Below, in pieces: positions 58,563 through 64,000 of a stretch of 64,000 nucleotides of DNA; position 1 is the first letter of the stretch; each line of letters opens with the position of its first letter. A program made the translations under genes and the position numbers. The stretch covers positions 55,592,788 through 55,656,787 of the forward strand of contig CM120640.1 of NCBI GenBank assembly GCA_051362555.1. Reading direction: 5' to 3'. A model generated the notes under the pieces. It had not been told where the DNA came from, made no database searches, and saw only the letters and a list, made by a program, of their open reading frames with translations. Origin of the DNA: Lingula anatina. Taxonomy: Eukaryota; Animalia; Brachiopoda.

Positions 58563-60935
58563 CCCAGCGGGCACTCAACGTTGACTCAACATTGAGGATA
58601 GGTTGAGATGATGTTGATCCATCAATATTGATAGATCAACAAGATCTCAACATTGAATCAACCTTTTCTTGTCAACCAATTGTCAATGTTGATAGATCAA
58701 CAGGGTCTCAACATTGATTTAACATTTCTTTGTCAATCAATTTTCAATGTTGATAGATCAACAGGATTTCAACATTGGATCAACCTTTTCTTGTCAACCA
58801 ATTGTCAATGTTGATATATCAACAGGGTCTCAACATTGATTTAACCTTTCTTTGTCAATCAATTTTCAATGTTGATAGATCAACAGGATTTCAACATTGA
58901 ATCAACCTGTGTTTGAAAACCCTTTGTCAATGTTGACATATCAACTGGATCTCAACATTGGGTCAACCTAAACTTTATAACCTTAATCATAACCTTGATA
59001 ATAGTTTTAAATGATTATCTTATTAGAGAGGTATGCATAGGGGTAATTACCCCTCATAATTTAACACTTGTTTTACCCCTTGTTTTTCCCCTTGTTTTAC
59101 TTGTTTTTCATTAATATTAATTTTGTGAAAAAAAGCGGTCGTCAGTTTTTTTTTTAACTTTCCAGATTTGATGTTCAGGTTATCTTTAAGAAAAAGAAAA
59201 AAAACATAGGGTCACCAACCTTACTTTATGGCAAATTGACAAAATATTACACAAGATTGAAGAAAAAGCTTGAAAAAGCCAAAAATGCCTGTTTTTTTAG
59301 AAATTTAAGTTAGCTGTGAGAAAAAATTAGACTGGTGACCCTTTGTTTTTTGTATTCTTAAAATTATCTTTACTACCTGATGTGACGTTATAATCATTTT
59401 AGTAAAGCTAATATGTTGTTTAATTTTTATGAGTAATTACCGTATGTGCCTGCATACTTGTAAAATGTAAATGAAGTGCGGGACTGTTATTAAGTGCGAG
59501 ACTCCAGATAACATGAACTGATGCAACACGTGAGTGTGGACAGTGTGTAACACTTTTACAGTACAAAAACTGTACTTAATTAACAGTACTTTGTGAGGCC
59601 ACACTATCAGGAGGATCGTTCAACAGATAAGGACATGTAAAACGGTGACATTGCGTCTTCAAAACCCCACACTTTTAGGAGGATCGTTCAACAGATAAGG
59701 ACATGGAAAACGGTGACATTGCATCTTCAAAACCCCACACTATCAGGAGGAACGTTCCACAGAAAAGGACTCGTCAAACTGTGACAATGCGTCTTCAGAA
59801 CTTAACTGTCTACGTATCTGTTAGAATTTACATGTATTTGACAAATGTTAAAATGTTATGCAACGTGATAGTTTTACATGTAGTTAGTGTATGTAGTGTT
59901 TGTTCATTGTTTGTAATATATTATATTCATAGTTGAATTAGTTGTTGTTTATGTTTTTTATGTTCGGGCTGTTTTGGTCCGTAACACTGAGCATCAAACT
60001 GGAGAGATTAAAAAGAATCTGACAACCCATAAGTGGATACAGGGGCTGGTCCCGGGGTCTTGACCCCCCCCCCTTTTCTTCCGAAATTCCCTTTTTTTTT
60101 GTAGGTAATTTTCCTATTTCAATCGAATATCCTGATAGCCTAATTGATATCTCAACGTTAATTCAATTTTCAAATTCAACTTAATTTCAACATTGATTCA
60201 ACATTGAGGTATCAATGTTGATTCAACATTGAGGTATCAATGTTGATTCAACATTGATACCTCAAAGTTGATTCAACCTTGATGGTTCAACGTTGAGTCA
60301 ACTTTCATAGTCAATGTCATATCAACATAGTTTCAACGTTGACTGTCAACGTAAATTCTACATTGATACCTCAAGGTTGATTCAACCTTGATGGTTCAAC
60401 ATTGATTCAACTTTCATAGTCAACGTCATATCAACATAGTTTCAACATTGACCGTCAACGTTGATTCAACATTGATACCTCAAGGTTGATTCAACCTTGA
60501 TGGTTCAACGTTGATTCAACTTTCATAGTCAACATCATATCAACATAGTTTCAATGTTGACCGTCAACGTTGATTCAACATTGATACCTCAAGGTTGATT
60601 CAAACTTGATGGTTCAACGTTGAGTCAACTTTCATAGTCAACGTCATATCAACATAGTTTCAACGTTGACTGTCAATGTTGATTCTACATTGATACCTCA
60701 AGGTTGATTCAACCTTGATGGTTCAACATTGATTCAACTTTCATAGTCAACGTCATATCAACATAGTTTCAACATTGACCGTCAACGTTGATTCAACATT
60801 GATACCTCAAGGTTGATTCAACCTTGATGGTTCAACGTTGAGTCAACTTTCATAGTCAACGTCATATCAACATAGTTTCAACGTTGACCATCAACGTTGA
60901 TTCAACATTGATTCAATGTTGATTTGCCCGCTGGG
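58563..60935. mobile_element. CACTA/EnSpm-like non-autonomous element with subterminal arrays of the palindrome TCAACRTTGA
   Basis: TIR CCCAGCGGGCA / TGCCCGCTGGG, ACC 3-bp TSD; left array period 61 bp (58627-58965), right array period 109 bp (about six units, 60252-60905); internal 63-bp repeats at 59601-59775. Confidence 0.85.
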
Positions 60936-61463
60936 ACCAGAATGATAATGCCTTTCATTAAATCATCCACAATGTAATTTTTGATTTAGAATTAAAAACT
61001 AGTTGTCAGGACTGAGATATCTGCAATTAATGTTTGGTTTGATCATAGAGTAGCATTGACGGACATACTGGTTTTCATTTTTCGTATAATTTAAAATGTT
61101 TTATTGTGTGCTATGTCTTGAAAGCAGGTATATCGTTTTTTACTTTATATATGTATTTATATTTGTTCCAGTTAAAGTCTATTTCAGTTAAAAGCCTTGT
61201 AGTTTTACAGTTGTTTCTTTGCCCTTCCATTATGTTTTGGAGGCCATTTTTATTAAAATAACTTGAAATAAATGATCGCACTTTGCATGGATATCAACAT
61301 AAATATGCAATGATGAACAATGGAGTGAAGCATTAGATTTTTTATTTGAATGTATGGCTCTCGCTATTCATATAACAAATTGACGGCCATCTTGAATACG
61401 TATCAACTGGCAAATAAAGTCAAGCTTATAAGCTTCTCTAAGTTTTGTAGAATAATTTCTTTT

Positions 61464-64000
61464 AAACAAGGCAGCAAAGCTGTCAAATGTACAGACAAAA
61501 AAATAAAGATGCAAAAAATAGGATACTGTCAATTCTGATGCAATAAATAATAATAACAATAATAATAATCTTTATTAGAAATCGCAACCTGAAGGTTGAA
61601 GTTATACAAATATGTAATTTATTTATTTATTTAAATGAAATTTTTTTATTTAAGTCATAGAAGCCTGGTCATTTTTGCACTAGTGTACTCAGTAGATTCT
61701 CTCACCTTCCTGGGGAGGATACAGCTCGGCTGCCATATATTACGCCTCAGAGCTAACATATCATTTCTGCACTGCCTGACCAGGCCCCTGCTTCAACCCC
61801 TTAGTGCTGAGTGCCAAGCGGGAAGACTGGTATGTCCCCGGACGGGTTTTGAACCCACATCCTCCCACTCTGGAGGCGGACACATATAATTTAATAGAGC
61901 TGTTTTTCTAATTTGGGCTGTATGTCAATCCTAAGAATCATTCTTGTTAAAAAAATATACAGAAAATGTTACAAAGTAACAGTACAGGGCTCCTGGTAGA
62001 TGGGAGTGATAAGTCACATCTTGAAAATGCCAGTTTGAAAAATGAAAAATTAAAAAAAAAATTACAAAAATATTCCACTAAAGCTGCCATTCAGTCTAGC
62101 TGCATTACCATGATATGAATCATCCAACTTGATTTTAAACAGTGTAAACAACTCACAGAAATATATTTTGTTTTATCACAAAAAGGGCAGTCATAGCTAT
62201 TATTCTGATATCTGAACTTGTCATCAGACCATGTGACCTCCATAGATGGCTATACTTTGTAGTAATTTCTTAAGAGATTATAACCAAAAAAAAAAAAAAT
62301 GTTTTAGAAGAAAAATTATTTGCCAAAAAGAACAGTTATTATCCCTTTAACTGAAAATCAAGTTGCAAATATTGCACAACAGGTAGTATCAATAAAAGTG
62401 AACAGTCAGAACTGTTACGTGCCCTTTGGAGTTATAAGTCCCACAATGAAAATGCCAGTATGTGAAAGATAAAAAATTCACAAAATGCACAACAGAATAA
62501 CATGGTCAATAAGATTACAGTTTCAGGACCATATGTGAGAGTTCATATTCACATAATGAAAATCCCAATATGTGAAAAATGATGACAGTGCATAAAATAA
62601 TATTACACAATGTTTAAAGACATAAAAAACCAACACAACTGCTAATGTGGAAAAACAAAATGCACAGCGCTTCTGGTGAATGATAGTTGAAAGTGACATC
62701 TTGAAGATGCTAGTGTTTGAAAAATAATTAAAAGAAAATGTAAAATAAAACATAACAAAAAATTCCAATAAAGCTGCTATTCAAACTTTTAATCTAACAT
62801 GATAAGAATAACAACACACTGTTATTCATCTTTAGCATTAATTTAAGCGTTACACAAAATTTTTCTTTTGTAAAATTATTAATTCAATATTAAATAACAT
62901 TTACCTGCATAATAATCATCAATTCCTAATTATGTGACACAGTTAAGAGAGCTAAACCTATGGGATTTTACAATGAAATCTCAACGTGTGTGTTTTATGT
63001 AATCTCATTTAATGGCCACTTGAAAATTAAGCAAATTACTTTATAACCCTGAAATAACTTGAAAATTAATTAAGCAAATTACTTTATAACTTTGAATTAA
63101 CATACTGCCTGCTATCCATATACATTTATTGCACCATATAGCACTCTATAGAACTGCATTGCTTCCAAAACAAAAAACAATCGCACTGGTTTTCCAACAC
63201 AAGCTGCACTTCAGTCTTATGAAACTTTTCATGTTGACTATCATAAGTAACATGGTTTTCCCTTAATTGCTATCCTGGCAGCAGTGTCCAAAATAGGGTT
63301 TTCTTCAACTTTTATGCAATATAACATAATACTTAACAGCATAATGACCATCAGTTTTTTTATAAAAAAATAAAAGTATCATTGATATTCAGAAATTGTG
63401 ATATGGAAAGGTCTCCAAGGCCATGGAAGTTCAGAGTCACACTTTCAAAATGCCAAAATGTAAACGAAATAACTGTACTGAAATGATTTTCTTTCCATTT
63501 GCAACACCTTTTTTACATAAAACAAAATAATCAATTTACTGTCATTTTTAAATGATCAACTAGGAAAATTGTTGACATAGGAAAAATATCAATAGAACAA
63601 TTTTAAATGTCCAATTTGCTCCATTCGGAGATTCTGAACATAGTGAATGATTGAATCTGACAAACTGCAATGATGAGTTCCTTTCCATTTTTGATACTTT
63701 ATTACACAATGCACGATAATAGGTTTACCGTCATTTTTATATAATCAACAATATTGTTAAGAAGCAAAAAATGTCAAAACAACACTTTTACATATCTAAT
63801 TAGTTCAATAATGAGACTGTTAACATGCCTAAGAAAGAAATCTGAAGAAAAACCACTTATATACAAAAAGGCTAATAACTTCATCAAAACTCAACTGATC
63901 AAGCTTATTTTCAAACTTGATCTGTATACTGGTCAGATTGATCACTCCTGTGAGTTGCAAGACAAAAGGTGATTGGTTTTCCTTAAAATGCGTTATCAGT
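61464..64000 (-). mobile_element. HINE family B-like reverse copy (diverged, runs off the window), interrupted near its 3' end by a LINE tail and a SINE
   Basis: AAACAAGGCAGCAAAGCTGTCAAATGTACAGACA at 61464; 63200-64000 is collinear with about 170-950. Confidence 0.65.
61615..61883 (-). mobile_element. tRNA-derived SINE (5' clipped), with Meta-like and Deu/Nin-like core segments
   Basis: Minus strand GTGTCCGCCTCCAGAGTGGGAGGATGTGGGTTCAAAACCC (B-box-like), CCCGCTTGGCACTCAGCACTAAGGGG, TGGCAGCCGAGCTGTATCCTCCCCAGGA, (TAAA)n tail; domain names from recall. Confidence 0.65.

Noticed and set aside
61840-61883. tRNA gene
   Set aside because: Only a partial tRNA-like head with no full cloverleaf, followed by a SINE body and tail

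Overview
AT-rich, intron-rich animal DNA, probably a marine invertebrate and possibly a mollusc (inferred only from the TE types). It is not prokaryotic, and there is no CRISPR array, rRNA or tRNA gene. The window is spanned by one + strand multi-exon gene that the ORF track mostly misses. I assembled 23 GT-AG exons by hand (5549..55451, 3108 nt, all phases compatible, about 1035 aa, 5' end uncertain). They encode an IRAG/LRMP (MRVI1/Jaw1) family protein: an IP3-receptor-binding coiled coil, an IRAG1-like RRRASV kinase site, a C-terminal TM helix and an LRMP/KASH6-type KASH peptide ending RPPI. The introns and flanks hold many nested mobile elements: a young 5'-truncated LINE with an uninterrupted APE-RT frame and 10-bp TSD, a CR1/L2-group LINE with one nonsense codon, two families of Helentron-like HINEs carrying 146-bp and 159/161-bp satellite arrays, an internally deleted LTR element, TA-targeting TIR elements, a CACTA-like element, a hAT-like element with a 6-bp TSD, several foldback MITEs, a Tc1 pseudogene and a tRNA-derived SINE. 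All calls come from reading the sequence and from recalled family motifs; no database search was run.
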